Assembly (NCBI GenBank): GCA_964199315.1
Contig: OZ116711.1
Coordinates: 806,001-870,000, forward strand
Direction of reading: 5' to 3'
DNA length: 64,000 nt
Origin: Orbicella franksi
Lineage: Eukaryota
Position 1 is the stretch's first letter; every line of letters starts with the position of its first letter. The notes beneath the pieces are model-generated. The model was not told the DNA's origin, searched no databases, and was given only the letters and a program-made list of their open reading frames with translations. A program made the position numbers and the translations under genes. Shown here piece after piece: positions 61,677 to 64,000 of this stretch.

Positions 61677-63881
61677 ATGGTCTTGTGGCGGGTTCTAGTC
61701 ATTATAACATTAAGATCCAGCCCCTTATTATCAGGTAGGCATGTGAGGGAAGTAATTAAAAAGAATTTTTACATCAACTTTGAAAAATAGGTGGAGATAA
61801 ATCGTTGAGTATTTCAGACCCGGAGGGTACTCCCTGAATTTTTAGGCGCAGTTAGGTACGTGTTGCTGGGCAGGGTATGACTTTATTTTAGACATCTTTG
61901 AGTCGTTTTGAACTGGGCACACATTATCATTAGTAGTAACCTAATCAGGACAATGCAACTGTCTGGTGTTTAACTGTGGAGGGATTTGAACGGGGCGTGA
62001 TTGCATAGACGTGTTGAAGTAAACTGAACCTTCTGTTATGTACAATATTGGTTGTATTTATGTTGCTTTAGAGTGATTCTAGCTCGTTAGGTTACCCATT
62101 TACATTGTGAATAAACGAAACGATTTATTTTTTAATACGTTGAACTGTCACTGTAAACATACTCTAGACCAAGGCTAAAATGCAGACTGCAGACTACAGA
62201 CTTTTTAAGTACTATATATCGTGTTATTTCCATTATCGAGTACTAACCGGACACAGGGTTATTCAGGCTAATCGCGGTGAAAGTTTGAACTCCGATTATC
62301 CTAATCACTCCGGTTGGACTTAATATCACTCCGGTTAGCCTAAATAACGCTCCGGTTAGCCAGGTTACGGTCAACGTTCAACGATGGAATTCTGATAAAA
62401 TGTCTTTAATCTGTATTCTGCGGTCTGCATTTTACCCCTGGTCCGCGGCAGTCTGCATTTTACCCTTCAGTCTGCATTTTACCGCGGTCGACAGTCTGCG
62501 TTTTACACTGACCGATACGTTGAAACCTTTTTTACCACAACCAAATGTTTACTTAGCTGTTTGTAAAAATGTTCGTGATAAATTCCTAGGTAGTTGCGTG
62601 CTTAGGGACAGACCTGAGCGCTGGAAGTGCTGAATCCACCTTACTCTAGGAACACTTGACAGAACTAATCGCAATCACTTTGATTTTTGAAATCTGAAGG
62701 GTAACAAAATTTACAGTTCTAGCCTAACCGGTACGTTTAACACCTGAATAACCCATCACCCATTTAGCAGCTTTCCTAGAAAAAGCGCATCCTTTTCTCC
62801 GATTCTTCTAGGAAAGATCAAAGTGTCTCCGCTCGCAAACTAGCTGACGGCACAGTGTTATGATTGCCTCGGAATTGTATGCTTGACAAAACTAATGTCT
62901 CCTATTTTTTGCGTGAGTGTCAGTTTACGTTTTGTAGTTTAAGGCTTCAAAATTGTGAGCAGTGTATTTTTTACAATCAGCTAGGGAAAGTTTTCGAGGT
63001 GTTTCTTGTCAAATTTAGAAAAGGTGAAAGCGGAAAGCTTCTAAAACACTCCTGCCACTTTGCAAATGTTAATTGTTTTTCTACTGCAATCTTCTTTGTT
63101 TGTGGGATTGCTTTACAGAGTCTGTTCGTTGGCCAGCTGGATTATACGGGATACCTAAACCTGCATCTGGGTGTCCCCGGTCAGATGGCTTTGTATGGAA
63201 AGAAGGGTGGAGATCGCAGTCCACTCATGGTAGACCATCAAATAGCACTAAATCAACGGAATTTCACCTTGATGGGATAGTAGATGACACGAAAGTCAAA
63301 AGATCGTTTTGTATTAAAGAAAATATAGCCGACGACGGAAGCAGACCTGCGTGGCCACAAGGTTAGTCTTGTAAAATATTTCGTTCATTTAATTTCCAGG
63401 TTCAATTTGTTGTTTCCGATCTTATTCACTTTTCTCCACCAAGATAGTCATAACTCGCATTACCTTTGATCGTCACTATTATCTATACTCTTTGCAGGAA
63501 AATATTGTATTTATAGGAAAAGGTACCAGTGCCCTGCAGGTTTCACATCAGGTGATGTCTTCTGGGATGATGAAGACACTTGGAACTCGAATAGACTCGG
63601 CGGAACACTTCCAGATGGCACCTATAACACGAACACATGGATCTATTTTTGCTGTAAAACAGATGGAGATAAAGATAATCCTATCCTTCTCCCTTCTAAA
63701 TCTCCATTTTTTCTGTTGGCTTACAAGTCAGCGAAATGCCAGATGGTCAAGTGGGCAGTAGCTACTTTGGAGTGGATATATTTTGACACTGAAGACTGGA
63801 ACAACCAAGACCAAGCCGATGGGGCATACCCTCATGATGCTGGGAAATCACCACCTACTGTGTATTACTGTTATTACCGCG
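61677..63881 (+). CDS. Gene C (5' part): signal-ApeC, probably continues past the window
   Basis: Exons 61677-61734 (MVLWRVLVIITLRSSPLLS), 63119-63361 and 63498-63881, all phase 1 and open; 8 ApeC cysteines; donor G|GTGAG at 63882. Confidence 0.82.
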
Positions 63882-64000
63882 GTGAGAAAAACACAAGTTT
63901 GCTCAAATTTCGCCTTTACCTATGTGTGTAGCCACATTAAGTCTTAACTGTGTCGAGAAAATGATGTCGACTCGGCCTTGTCCCGAGCGTGTTCTGCAAA

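Noticed and set aside
63068-63150. Hydrophobic MLIVFLLQSSLFVGLL as the signal peptide of gene C
   Set aside because: It is out of frame with ApeC and is just the pyrimidine-rich acceptor region; the exon at 61677-61734 fits in phase and by homology.

Overview
Eukaryotic, intron-rich, AT-rich animal DNA; the gene and repeat content suggests a stony coral or another cnidarian (inference). The ORF track only shows exon fragments, so I rebuilt the genes by hand from GT/AG sites and reading phase. The window holds a tandem cluster of four plus-strand type-I membrane receptor genes. Gene 1 (3419-29740, 35 exons, 2394 aa) encodes signal-CUB-ILEI/PANDER-13x F5/8 type C-stalk-TM-short tail. Genes A (31741-41193), B (50351-58579) and C (61677 to past the window end) encode signal-ApeC (apextrin C-terminal), followed in A and B by CUB/mucin stalk/CUB-TM-tail. 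All four have similar signal exons. Gene 1, A and B also share an atypical CUB, a similar TM exon and the same tail exon layout. They look like one receptor chassis carrying exchangeable recognition modules. The ApeC paralogs differ most at their three DXED loops and in their cytoplasmic Tyr motif. An apparently intact 7382-bp AcademH-type transposon (42723-50104) has 69-bp TIRs, a perfect 9-bp TSD, a spliced transposase and a convergent spliced RecQ-like helicase. It sits inside a LINE remnant just upstream of gene B. SINEs, MITEs, a tRNA-like tandem repeat and microsatellites fill the introns.
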